Virus record (IMG/VR): IMGVR_UViG_3300028045_000001
Location: 1-64,000 of that record
Source: a virus
Length of the DNA stretch: 64,000 nucleotides
Reading direction: 5' to 3' (one strand)
A program made the position numbers and the translations under genes. This document shows positions 26,927 to 36,851 of the stretch, one piece after another (the first letter of the stretch is position 1; every line of letters begins with the position of its first letter). Under the pieces are notes generated by a model. That model searched no databases, was not told where the DNA came from, and was given only the letters and a program-made list of their open reading frames with translations.

Positions 26927-27736
26927 ATGGATGAAAGATGTTCTGTAATGATAGACAGTAATTCAAAAAATCTATGTTTCACAGAAGAGGAAATCGAATT
27001 AATAGATGCCGTCTTATCAATGCTTACGGATGCTCGTAACTTAGATAACAACAGTGTCGATGATAACAATAGCGAAATTAAGGACTCCGATAATGACGAT
27101 AGATGTCTGGGACTACATATATTTGTCGAAGGGAGTATGCGTAATCTAACCCATGTAGTCGAGGTTATGATACTTGCACTTAAGGTGCAAAAAGGTACAA
27201 CAAAGACTCTCGAAGGTAGAAAATCTATAATAGTTGCATCCTTACTGCACGATGGCGTATACGTAGATCGCTATTATTCCCTAATTAGTGAATTCATGCA
27301 AGGCAGTTCAAAGATATGGTTCATGGAATTATGCAAGAAGTTCAAATTGGATTCTCTTCAAATACTGCACACTCTCATTGAAATTAACGGCTCTATGAAT
27401 TGCAATTATCTGATAGTCCCGCAGAAAGGACAAAGCTCATCTGAGAATACGTTTATTTCAGTAGCATCAGTATTTGTGGTTTGTGCCATCGTAGGCAAGC
27501 CAGATATTTCTGAATTATGCAGAGGAATTAGACTATCCTATCATATGATGCCGAGCGAGACTGCGGTGGACTGTATAATCAGAGAGTACGGTAGAAATGG
27601 AACTATGGCATGGCCGGGCACTTATAAGTTATATTTCAAGCACGAACTAAATAAAATGTACGACATTATAGACGATAGGGATAGACTAACTGGGATCTAT
27701 ACCAAAATCGATAAAGAGATATGCCGAGGTAGCTAA
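26927..27736 (+). CDS. HD-domain-like protein, divergent paralog of 25362..26045
   Basis: Has THVVEVMILALKVQKG...VASLLHDGVY. The C-terminal IREYGRNGTMAWPGTYKLYFKHELNKMYDIIDDRDRLTGIY aligns with IEKFGREGYARWSDSYKLHFGSELRQMQDTIGDRSRLTEIY. Has an extra acidic N-terminal segment. Confidence 0.55.
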   Translation: MDERCSVMIDSNSKNLCFTEEEIELIDAVLSMLTDARNLDNNSVDDNNSEIKDSDNDDRCLGLHIFVEGSMRNLTHVVEVMILALKVQKGTTKTLEGRKSIIVASLLHDGVYVDRYYSLISEFMQGSSKIWFMELCKKFKLDSLQILHTLIEINGSMNCNYLIVPQKGQSSSENTFISVASVFVVCAIVGKPDISELCRGIRLSYHMMPSETAVDCIIREYGRNGTMAWPGTYKLYFKHELNKMYDIIDDRDRLTGIYTKIDKEICRGS

Positions 27737-27751
27737 AAACTGAGTGCTACA

Positions 27752-27785
27752 ATAACACCTGTCTCCACGTGGAGACAGGTGTTAT
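27752..27785. terminator. bidirectional terminator between convergent genes
   Basis: Perfect 34-nt palindrome ATAACACCTGTCTCCAC/GTGGAGACAGGTGTTAT. Confidence 0.75.
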
Positions 27786-27795
27786 ACAACACTAT

Positions 27796-29331
27796 TTATT
27801 TTTTCGGGTCGATAACCATCTGTTTTAAAAAATCGATAACTATATCTGTCACCACGGCACTGTTGATGCGCTTAACGATATCCTCATCCTGAGTCCCATT
27901 CAGATTTGAAAGATAATCTACAAAGCTACTATCCAACCTTTTATACAGGGTATAGCCGAACGATTCAGGCGCAGTGACACCAAATACAAGATTTGTTAGA
28001 ACTGTATTAAGTGGTGCCTCTGAGTTACGCTGAGCCTTTGCCATATGGACACAACGATTTAAACTTTGTGGAAGGATCGGATCGCCTTCGTGGTTTGTTT
28101 TGATGTCCCTTTCCCAAGAAAACATTACAGTATTAAACGCCGCAGTCTCATACTTTTTCTTTAAGAAAGAAACCTTGCTGGATATGTCATCCATGCGCAC
28201 AGAGTATTTATCCTCGATCATCTTTGTGTCGCGAACCACAACATCCGATGCGATGCCTAACTCTGGGAGCACACGGTCATTTGGAAATTTAACAAAGAGA
28301 TGCTGGAGGATTTCTTTATCTGTGTGACCATCTGCAATGAATGGGCTGTAGTTATCCATGTTAACGGTTCTGTTCTGCATGATGAGGGTATCATTAAAAA
28401 TATTATTGCGCATAATTATCAAGTTATACGCGCAGCCGTACAGTATTCCTTTAATAACCTCGGCATTATCTTCGATGAGTCGTATGGCATCTGGACCAAG
28501 TGTACTGGAGTGTTCCAATATACCATCTACGGTTGGCTTATAGATCCTCACCATATTGGCGATTTCAGTTGTATTCTGGGCCATGTCTTTAGTTGCCGAT
28601 AATTGGTTGGTCCATTTTTTAACAAAAGTATTTACTCTAGTTGGGGTAAGTAGAGTCTTCAAAACCATTTCGGTATCGTCATAGGTGACATCAAAATTAT
28701 CTATCACCGCATGAATCACAGTATCGGCATATTGTTTTTTAAGGATTAGTGGAGTTGTATCTGGGACTTCGATGCTTTTTAATTTTAGTGCGATCGTCCC
28801 AAGTAATTTAAAACTTGGTTCTTCGAGAGAAGTTTTCGTTAAGTCATGGCAAAAGCTAACTATGTCCATAACTGAACTTACCATATTGATCTCTTCCCAA
28901 TCAACTTCACCAAGCCCGTGTGCCACAGACTTATCGTCATTCCCGTGCTCATAATACTGAATCAGAAATGGGTCCGAGGCAACTAATCGATTCAGTGTTT
29001 CAGTATATGAGCTCTCGATGTCACTTACTTGTACACGAACGTCATTTATTTCTGTATACGATTTGTTGATCCTCTCCGACAAGGCTTCCGCGAGTGTGTC
29101 GATGTTATTTAAAATGTGTTCAGATATAACGTCGATGTTTTGACTGTAGCCGTTCAATACCTCGACGACATATTCCTCTGGGGAGGATGTGGCATCCATC
29201 GTCGGACTGAAGGTAGATAACTTCTCAACATATCCAGCTACAGTTGGATCCGTTATAGTAAAGTCTGGAAGGCCGCCATTCACCATGATGTGCTTGATGA
29301 ATGCTTTTTTCATAAGGTCTAAATTTTGCAT
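27796..29331 (-). CDS. hypothetical protein (511 aa), probable virion/morphogenesis operon member
   Basis: Long uninterrupted ORF and last gene of a 4-gene minus-strand operon. No motif recognised. Confidence 0.6.
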   Translation of the reverse strand: MQNLDLMKKAFIKHIMVNGGLPDFTITDPTVAGYVEKLSTFSPTMDATSSPEEYVVEVLNGYSQNIDVISEHILNNIDTLAEALSERINKSYTEINDVRVQVSDIESSYTETLNRLVASDPFLIQYYEHGNDDKSVAHGLGEVDWEEINMVSSVMDIVSFCHDLTKTSLEEPSFKLLGTIALKLKSIEVPDTTPLILKKQYADTVIHAVIDNFDVTYDDTEMVLKTLLTPTRVNTFVKKWTNQLSATKDMAQNTTEIANMVRIYKPTVDGILEHSSTLGPDAIRLIEDNAEVIKGILYGCAYNLIIMRNNIFNDTLIMQNRTVNMDNYSPFIADGHTDKEILQHLFVKFPNDRVLPELGIASDVVVRDTKMIEDKYSVRMDDISSKVSFLKKKYETAAFNTVMFSWERDIKTNHEGDPILPQSLNRCVHMAKAQRNSEAPLNTVLTNLVFGVTAPESFGYTLYKRLDSSFVDYLSNLNGTQDEDIVKRINSAVVTDIVIDFLKQMVIDPKK

Positions 29332-29519
29332 TATTTTCCTCCAGTGGTAGTTGAGTTCCCCATGTAAGCTACCTGAGTCATTACAACATCGTATCGGCTT
29401 TCTTCATCAAGATCGATGGCGTTAATTTTCCCCAAAATTTCATTTATTAGATAAAATAAAATGAAATTGTTTTGCAGGGAAGTTGGGGTAAGAGTCGGTG
29501 TAGTTTTATTTTCCATCAA
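29331..29519 (-). CDS. hypothetical small protein (62 aa)
   Basis: Its stop overlaps the start of the downstream gene by 1 nt. AAGGAG-like RBS (AAAGGAGATTTTG) upstream. Confidence 0.5.
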   Translation of the reverse strand: MMENKTTPTLTPTSLQNNFILFYLINEILGKINAIDLDEESRYDVVMTQVAYMGNSTTTGGK

Positions 29520-29563
29520 AATCTCCTTTAAAATTGTTTTTACTACAATATAAATTTAGGGTA

Positions 29564-32437
29564 TCAACTGAATGCATTTAGGTCGCCAGTGCTAACGGTC
29601 TCAATGATTAAGTCTTCAACGTAGTGAATTGTGTTGTCTGTATTAAATGTTAATTTTCGTGCTACGATTGATTTCGTTTTGTCATTAACATTAATTAGGG
29701 TTTGAAGTTCCGGATCTCCATTGATACCATAATTGTCAATGCTTAAGATTTGATCACCTAAGGAAGATATGATCTCATCTTGGATAAGAGATATGGATAT
29801 GGTACCGGATTCGACATGTGCCCTTATAATATTTACCACGGATGATTTAAGACTATTTATCATTTCGATGTTATCTATTGTTTTAGTCGAGACGTATAGA
29901 ACTAGATGCATGGTCACGTTCAGCGGCTGATTAACGAACGTATTCTTTTTTGTAACGTAGTTACTATTTCCTATCGTACATATAGGTTCAAAGAACATGT
30001 AGGTTTTTTCAAGCAAGTCTTTCTGAACTCGACTAAGCTCCTCCAAATAATGTCCTATCATTTCAGAGAGATTGATTCCTATCATGGAGGGATCGGTCGA
30101 ATTATCGTACAGTAACCTATAATCTATATGGAGCATGTTGATGGCGTAAATACTTGTTCTTTCTTTCACAACTATGCCATTGCCCCGGTAATCCAAGACC
30201 ATATCTCCAGCAAGATGTGCTACGATCTTGTGCCCAAACTCATCAACGATATCATCGCCCTCTGAAAATAATTTATTTAATTCTACCGCGCCATCAAATA
30301 CAATAAATATGAGCTTACCTTCGTCGTCGTACTCATACACATCGGATGTATATTTTTTATATATTGTTTCTGGATATGTTTGGTACTTGATATCTGTATA
30401 ATTAATATCAACCGATGGATCTATAGTACTGTTCAATCTTTTTCCAAGAACTATAGTTAAATCCTGTCGTATAGTGGTAACAAACTCACTTGGGGACAGC
30501 GTACTTCCTAATATGTTGGAAGACCTTACTTCGAGACTGACCATGAGCGAAAACTTCATATCTATATAGCAGCCGTTAGAGTTCCCACCAGAGGTGCGGT
30601 TAAAGGAATTAATTAGTATGCGATGAAATTTATTTATGTCGTACTCAGTCGTGAGCACGAAGTCATAGTAGGTAACTTTTTCTACTTCGCTACTTTTTAC
30701 TGCATCTATATAAAACTCCTCACCTGAATTCGGGTCTGTCGTGTACCCCCGAATGCGGATATTGTCCTCAATAACATCCTTTAGATCATTGGACTTTAGG
30801 ACACCTATGCGTACTATAAACTTTTCTGTCTCTAGTAAATTATGTATGATGATGCCATTCATTATAGTTAGCTGAGTACTTATCTCCACGTTCTCAGATA
30901 CAAAGACAATTTCTTGTATAGCTGGGTTGGTTAATTCATATATGGATGCAACTGGAAATTCATCCTCTACAGAAAGTCTTATGTGGAATGGGGAAAAAGT
31001 ATATTGTGAGTCATTTAAAATAGACACCCGCTGTTCGATGGAGCGTGCATCAAAAGTAGCTCTCTCCATATCACATACTGGCTCAGCTATATTGCCGTTT
31101 AATTTATATAGTATGGCGGGTAATACTGTGACGGAATTGTCGCTGTTAGTTTTAATATGCGTACACGCTTCTATACTGAGTTCTGATATATTTGTGCGCA
31201 GATTCCCTGCTGGCAAATGAATCCCTTCTGCATCTTTAATAGGCGAATGCGCTATGAAATTACGTGCTGTCAAGTTATCTAACTGTTTGGTGACTGTAGT
31301 TTCTTTGTTAGTAAATAAATTTTTCATTCTTGGCAACGTTATAGCAGCTTCAGTTGTGAATGCATCGTTAATGACTTTGTCTCTGAGTTCTTCAAATGTC
31401 CAGCCATTAGAGCCACCTGAGATTCGATTCGTTGTAGGCAATACTTCTCTGACGGGTATCCTGTTTAATATTTCGGTGTAGGCAAGTGTCCCCTCTCCGA
31501 TGTCACCAAGCGTAAACGACAGGTCGCTGGGTTTTATATTACCTATGTTTATATCTAACTCTCCCTTTGTTTCATAGATCTCCACCTTTAAGTTAGTCCC
31601 AATAGTCCCATTAGAAAAATATATTTGTGGGATATTAATTGATATTGTATTCTCATCGAGATTTACTCTGAGCTTAGCGGTTGGAGTAAACGGATCATAC
31701 GACATGTCCGATAGTGTTTGTCCTATCGGGGACCACCGTTTATTTTTAAGATGTGTTATCACTACAGCATAGAACTTATTTTGTAACTCCCATTTGTTTG
31801 TGTAACCTTGTCCCTTAACAAGGGTCTCCGTATAAATGCGCCTGCGGAATTGATATACTGGAAACTCCATATCTATCATGGCCATATCGTGTAGATGCAT
31901 TTCGGTGTGTTTAATTGTATTATCTACAAGAGTTTTTAATGGGCTATCCATGGATGTATCATGTGATATTAAGAACGTATTTGTTAGCTTGTTGATCTTA
32001 ATTTCAATCGGGTAATATATACCGAAATCAATGCCGCCTATTGTGAACTTTGATGTGGACGGAATTATGATCTTATTGTAGTTGGAGTTGTAGGATACAG
32101 AGTGGTCTATTATGTATTTTTTATCTAAGAGCAGTCTTAGGTTAGTGGACGATGGCAAAGAGTACAACCCAACATAATCCCACTGCGACATATGCCGATA
32201 TAACTCCTTCGAAGTAGTTGCTCGTTTTGAATAACTATCGTTATTCATACGGATCATTTCTTGAGTAGCCCCACTAACCAAATTGCACATAGTCTCTAAC
32301 ATCCAGCAGGGGACGTTATTGCCATCGACTATTTTATTGCCACTCCCATGGCGTTCCTGTAGGTCCCGCAACGCTAAACTTTGAGTCAACATCGGATTTT
32401 TTAAAAGATGGTCCAAGTTATTAATTTTGTCTACCAT
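29564..32437 (-). CDS. hypothetical large protein (957 aa), probable structural
   Basis: GAGGT RBS. The longest ORF in the window. No catalytic motif seen. Confidence 0.65.
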   Translation of the reverse strand: MVDKINNLDHLLKNPMLTQSLALRDLQERHGSGNKIVDGNNVPCWMLETMCNLVSGATQEMIRMNNDSYSKRATTSKELYRHMSQWDYVGLYSLPSSTNLRLLLDKKYIIDHSVSYNSNYNKIIIPSTSKFTIGGIDFGIYYPIEIKINKLTNTFLISHDTSMDSPLKTLVDNTIKHTEMHLHDMAMIDMEFPVYQFRRRIYTETLVKGQGYTNKWELQNKFYAVVITHLKNKRWSPIGQTLSDMSYDPFTPTAKLRVNLDENTISINIPQIYFSNGTIGTNLKVEIYETKGELDINIGNIKPSDLSFTLGDIGEGTLAYTEILNRIPVREVLPTTNRISGGSNGWTFEELRDKVINDAFTTEAAITLPRMKNLFTNKETTVTKQLDNLTARNFIAHSPIKDAEGIHLPAGNLRTNISELSIEACTHIKTNSDNSVTVLPAILYKLNGNIAEPVCDMERATFDARSIEQRVSILNDSQYTFSPFHIRLSVEDEFPVASIYELTNPAIQEIVFVSENVEISTQLTIMNGIIIHNLLETEKFIVRIGVLKSNDLKDVIEDNIRIRGYTTDPNSGEEFYIDAVKSSEVEKVTYYDFVLTTEYDINKFHRILINSFNRTSGGNSNGCYIDMKFSLMVSLEVRSSNILGSTLSPSEFVTTIRQDLTIVLGKRLNSTIDPSVDINYTDIKYQTYPETIYKKYTSDVYEYDDEGKLIFIVFDGAVELNKLFSEGDDIVDEFGHKIVAHLAGDMVLDYRGNGIVVKERTSIYAINMLHIDYRLLYDNSTDPSMIGINLSEMIGHYLEELSRVQKDLLEKTYMFFEPICTIGNSNYVTKKNTFVNQPLNVTMHLVLYVSTKTIDNIEMINSLKSSVVNIIRAHVESGTISISLIQDEIISSLGDQILSIDNYGINGDPELQTLINVNDKTKSIVARKLTFNTDNTIHYVEDLIIETVSTGDLNAFS

Positions 32438-32457
32438 TTATTTTACCTCGTTGGTAT

Positions 32458-33453
32458 TCAGGGTGCATACTTAAATAGTAATTCGTATCCGTCGCCAATG
32501 TATTCTTTTTTCGCTCCTATATATGGTACTCCTGAATAGTTAGTATCTGTGGCATACCCATAGTTTGAGTATGACTCTATATTTGGATTAAACATCCTCA
32601 CCAGTCTATTGAAGTCCATCAGTATTCTATAATCGTTGTACTCTATTTTGTTAACTGAGCACGGTATACTGAACGACTTCGCAGCCTGGGAAATTACTTC
32701 ATTTGCCGCAACATTGAACTTTGCGCCCATTGGGACAGCGGTTAAGATGCATCCGGTCGCCTTTGCCCAACCAGTTATGTACCTACTGGTTGGATCCATA
32801 AGGAACCTGTAGATACTAAATGTATAACACATACGTTGCGCATCTATATCCTCATTATACATAACTATCTCGCCCTTCAATACAAGTCGCATAAATTCGT
32901 ACCAATAGTGAAACATGTTTAGCAGGGGAGAGTTTTGGACATCCATAAATTGCATAGTTATGTCATAGTTCTTCATAAGGTCATCTGCACCTGTCGCATA
33001 TATTTGATTCTCTCCATGATGCCCACCAGTAGTGGTAGCAGTGTTCATAACCATATCTGGGAATCCAGATATGCTCTGCAGTGCAGTACAGAGTGGCACC
33101 ATAAAAGGATTCTTATTCACTAACAACAGGCACTCAGACGAGTACCTACTTTGTGCACTAGCAAAACGTTTATCCAATAAGCATCTTATAGCAAACTGTA
33201 TGGAATTGACGTCCAGTGTGTTCAGTACTGACAGTATGGCGCTGTGCTTTATATTACTGGAGGTTAGATTCAACTGTGGCCTTGTTATAAAAGTAAGTCC
33301 GGTTAGTTCTGTGCCAGTGCTTACATTATTACATTTAAATCTGTCATGCTGTGTAAATAATTGCTGGATGGTGTTATACGCCCCACCTGTACCAGCGTTC
33401 CTACTCAGAAGTTCAATTTCTGATTTATATTGAGCTACATTGTCATTTGCCAT
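32458..33453 (-). CDS. hypothetical protein (331 aa), probable structural
   Basis: AGAGG RBS. First gene of the minus-strand operon, diverging from the gene at 33539. Confidence 0.6.
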   Translation of the reverse strand: MANDNVAQYKSEIELLSRNAGTGGAYNTIQQLFTQHDRFKCNNVSTGTELTGLTFITRPQLNLTSSNIKHSAILSVLNTLDVNSIQFAIRCLLDKRFASAQSRYSSECLLLVNKNPFMVPLCTALQSISGFPDMVMNTATTTGGHHGENQIYATGADDLMKNYDITMQFMDVQNSPLLNMFHYWYEFMRLVLKGEIVMYNEDIDAQRMCYTFSIYRFLMDPTSRYITGWAKATGCILTAVPMGAKFNVAANEVISQAAKSFSIPCSVNKIEYNDYRILMDFNRLVRMFNPNIESYSNYGYATDTNYSGVPYIGAKKEYIGDGYELLFKYAP

Positions 33454-33538
33454 ACATACCTCTTATTATTTTATATAGGTAAGGATTATATAGTATGTTA
33501 AATTATTATTAATTTCATTATAATTAGAGGGTATCTAA

Positions 33539-34597
33539 ATGAGCTATTCTGATTTAAAAACAGGGGTATCCATTTTCACGAGTCTCTTACGAAAGGTGGA
33601 CGAGATAGGCCCCAAAGCATTAAGTGACTATGTGCGACCTGCGACAATCATGGGGTCCGTTGTGGTTGACATTTCCCTGGGAGATGAGGACATCATACTG
33701 CCGTTGGCGTCCATGTTGAATTCTTTCTACATAGGGTACATAACTACTGCATTAGAATTAAACACTATAATCGAGGGGGGTAAAACTGTAAGAGATGCGT
33801 TGACTATAGTCTCATCTAATAACAACTATATAGAGTTACTAGAGGAAGTCGATGAAAAGTTTTTATCTTGCGAATTAACTGGCGAGTACGAAGTATCCCT
33901 ACAGGCCGATGGTGGCAAACAAGGTAACAAGGTAGAGGCTTCTGTATTCTCTGGGAAAGTAGTCGAACTGAATATTCGCTCAAAAGAACATGATCGCCCG
34001 ATTTCCATAAAACTAATAGTTCAACTACTTTCTCGACAGGTACAGCAATCTGTGATAGAGCAACTCTTTGCAGTTAGCAACAAATCAACAATAGATCAAA
34101 GATGGACTATGTTTAAAACTGGCGAAATTTCCTTTTGGAAAGATTTCATATGGGAGCGGGACCTCGTTAAACGCCATAGGAGCGCACTAAAAAAGGACGA
34201 CACTGGGTACCTATTTGATGAGTTACAATCCCGTTCAAATAAATTAACGAGAAATATCGAAACGAGTGTCGATATTGGTAAGGTGTCTCAGAATTCCGCC
34301 AATAACATACTTATAGTTGAAAAGCGGTTTTTTACGCAGATGGTAAAACGCTTGGGTATAAAAATTGATGACTTTTCCAGCAGGCAGCGATTTATGAGCA
34401 ATAACTACTGCCTTATTATAGTTGTTGTTGATATCATGTACAGTTCATTGGAAGTTTATTTCAATGGCATACGAACGAAAGCCGATTACAGTTTCAAAGC
34501 CGTGCTATCAAACTATGGTGGCGGAGGCAGTAGTAAGACCGAGTTAGCCGAGATCATGGCGCAGTTTCAAGCTGGGAGTTCGCCAAAAGTATTTTAA
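33539..34597 (+). CDS. hypothetical protein (352 aa)
   Basis: AGAGGG RBS. No motif recognised. Confidence 0.6.
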   Translation: MSYSDLKTGVSIFTSLLRKVDEIGPKALSDYVRPATIMGSVVVDISLGDEDIILPLASMLNSFYIGYITTALELNTIIEGGKTVRDALTIVSSNNNYIELLEEVDEKFLSCELTGEYEVSLQADGGKQGNKVEASVFSGKVVELNIRSKEHDRPISIKLIVQLLSRQVQQSVIEQLFAVSNKSTIDQRWTMFKTGEISFWKDFIWERDLVKRHRSALKKDDTGYLFDELQSRSNKLTRNIETSVDIGKVSQNSANNILIVEKRFFTQMVKRLGIKIDDFSSRQRFMSNNYCLIIVVVDIMYSSLEVYFNGIRTKADYSFKAVLSNYGGGGSSKTELAEIMAQFQAGSSPKVF

Positions 34598-34612
34598 TGG
34601 ACGGGAGAAAAC

Positions 34613-35602
34613 ATGTCAACTATAAAAGATCTGAGTTCTGAGGTCGATAAGCGTATCCAAGCAAAACTTCGAACTGGTAACATCACTAAAGAGTCTATAG
34701 AAAAGATGCTCGATGTGAACCGCAGTGTGCATCTTCAAATAAATAAACACATAAACAGTTTCAGTGTAGATGATATTGTAAAAATCTACGATCGGATGCT
34801 TAATAGAAAAAATGATAAGTCCTACACTGCCGTACAGGTATACTTTAGCTTTGTTGCGTCATTGCCGCTGCGCCTAAGGCAGATGGAAGAACAAAGGCCA
34901 TTCTCTTCATTCGCAGAGATAAACAATAAGTTTATAAACTGCTACAATGATCTGATGGCTAATTTTGATAAGTACATCGATATAGAAAACCTGGCACTCC
35001 CAAAGACCAGATTGAGCCATTACCTAATCATTGGTCTCACAGACAAGTCTGATTTTGTAAGTCAATTCTTTTTCTTCCTATTCGATGGAATAACATTTGA
35101 TTTAATTGACAGTCTGTCTGACAAACCAAAGTATCGAATGCTCTTTCTTCAAAATAACGTCAAGAAGGTTGCTGGCATTATGGATAGCATCGATAAATTG
35201 GGGAAGTCGCGTAGGCCCGTCGAAATAATGATTAACAATCTTAAGAAGTCTGGTATGAACCTCGTTGTTGTAAATGAGAACGGCGAAAACTTAACCGCCT
35301 ACCTAAGAACTGGCGTCTTGAGTAAGGGGTTGCTGAGTAATATTACCCAAGGCATTAAGCGTGTGAGATTTTTTGGATCCATCGGTGAGCATTGGGAAAC
35401 ATTTAAATATTATTGGGTGGTAAGAAGAACCAAAGTTAACAAGGAGTGGATGGAGACTCAGAGACAATTGTTAGTTGAGGATCTAGAAGACCTTGATCAA
35501 AACTCTAAAGAATATAAGCGACTGTTAAAGATTGTTGAGAACTACTCTGTGGAAATATCTAAGCTCGATAAACGTCTCCAGACTTACATGGATTCAGATT
35601 AG
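34613..35602 (+). CDS. hypothetical protein (329 aa)
   Basis: GGGAG RBS. Helical, K/E-rich C-terminus. Confidence 0.6.
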   Translation: MSTIKDLSSEVDKRIQAKLRTGNITKESIEKMLDVNRSVHLQINKHINSFSVDDIVKIYDRMLNRKNDKSYTAVQVYFSFVASLPLRLRQMEEQRPFSSFAEINNKFINCYNDLMANFDKYIDIENLALPKTRLSHYLIIGLTDKSDFVSQFFFFLFDGITFDLIDSLSDKPKYRMLFLQNNVKKVAGIMDSIDKLGKSRRPVEIMINNLKKSGMNLVVVNENGENLTAYLRTGVLSKGLLSNITQGIKRVRFFGSIGEHWETFKYYWVVRRTKVNKEWMETQRQLLVEDLEDLDQNSKEYKRLLKIVENYSVEISKLDKRLQTYMDSD

Positions 35603-35713
35603 ATGATAATAATATGAACTCTATTTGCACGTCGGATTATAAATAATTTTTTTTTAGCATGCTGGACTTTATCCGAGTCCGTTTATTTACACACCATCCT
35701 AGGAGGATAGACA

Positions 35714-36727
35714 ATGCGGAATGTTTTTGCAAAATTGAACGATGATGCTCCAGTTAACAACGCCATCACTGATGAGGTTGTTATAGTTGAAGCCATTCTG
35801 GAAGCCAGTGAGAAGTTAAGTGAGGATCTCGCAGACCTTGAACTCAGTATGATGGACTTCAATACCAAGCTTGAAACCATCGATGAGATCGAAGTGTACG
35901 TAGCTACAATTGAAGAAGCCGGTATTGATAAAGGTCTTGCCACCATGGCGATTAAGACTGGTTGGGGAAGCCTCTTTGAGGACTCCGCTGTATCACTTCA
36001 GGGACTCATCGATGGGACAGATGACGCCGAGGAAGTAAAAGTCCATATGCTCGCAAGCGTTGGTGACGTTATCAAGAAAGCAAAGGAGAATGTGGCAAAG
36101 CTACTGACTGCTCTATGGGAAAAGCTTAAGGCTGTTCTCGCAAGCTTCTTTGACTTTTCAGTTAAGTATCAAAATGCACTCAATAAGTTAAGCGGCTGGG
36201 ATAAAGCTGACTGGGGTGCCATCAAGGATAAGAAACTTGGTCTTGCTTACAGCGGAGATGACCTCATCTCAGCGTACGGAAAGATCCAGGAACTTGCCGC
36301 TGCGTTAGCTTCCACTGACAAATTTCCAGCGCCGGAACAAATTCTTGGTGCATGGGCTCTCAAAAATGGATCATATTCAAGAACGAAGTCAGATGCTCCG
36401 GCTAAGGGTAAAACAGTTGCAGAGAATGGCTACGAAAAAAATGCCTCTGCCATCTTTAAAGGAACTGGCCTCGCCCTTAAGGCTGTTGCCGATCTCAGGG
36501 ATAAAATTACAGCTATCGAAAAAGCAAAGACTGACGCCGTCAAAGCAATCAAAGAAACAAAAGACGATGGCTACAAAGAAGCAATCAAGGCTGTCAAAAT
36601 GGATAGTCTGACACACATCAGCGCTATTAAGGCCGCAATTACAGAAACAAAAATGGTCTCTTCTTCTGCGGTTAAAGTACTCAAAGTTGCAGCAAAGTCA
36701 GCAAAGAAAGAAAAAAAAGCCGATTAG
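35714..36727 (+). CDS. paralog family A protein, copy 3
   Basis: AGGAGG RBS. Reads GIDKGLATMA...VSLQGLIDGTDDAEEVKVHMLASVGD. Ala/Lys-rich C-terminus. Confidence 0.65.
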   Translation: MRNVFAKLNDDAPVNNAITDEVVIVEAILEASEKLSEDLADLELSMMDFNTKLETIDEIEVYVATIEEAGIDKGLATMAIKTGWGSLFEDSAVSLQGLIDGTDDAEEVKVHMLASVGDVIKKAKENVAKLLTALWEKLKAVLASFFDFSVKYQNALNKLSGWDKADWGAIKDKKLGLAYSGDDLISAYGKIQELAAALASTDKFPAPEQILGAWALKNGSYSRTKSDAPAKGKTVAENGYEKNASAIFKGTGLALKAVADLRDKITAIEKAKTDAVKAIKETKDDGYKEAIKAVKMDSLTHISAIKAAITETKMVSSSAVKVLKVAAKSAKKEKKAD

Positions 36728-36765
36728 TAATAAGTTCCCAAAGAAGATAGTGTGTGTGGTCCCAG

Positions 36766-36803
36766 CAACTCCTACGCAGCCATGCGTAGGAGTTGTATTT
36801 TTT
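36766..36803 (+). terminator. intrinsic terminator
   Basis: 13-bp stem CAACTCCTACGCA/TGCGTAGGAGTTG with a 4-nt loop, then TATTTTTT. Confidence 0.8.
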
Positions 36804-36810
36804 ATGATTG

Positions 36811-36823
36811 TCATTATATAAAA
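36811..36823 (+). promoter_or_regulatory. second promoter-like motif TCATTATATAAAA
   Basis: Lies exactly 41 nt upstream of the ATG at 36852. The same motif at the same spacing precedes the ATG at 39986. Confidence 0.35.
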
Positions 36824-36851
36824 ATTAACCTACTCTGGAGATGTATTAAAT

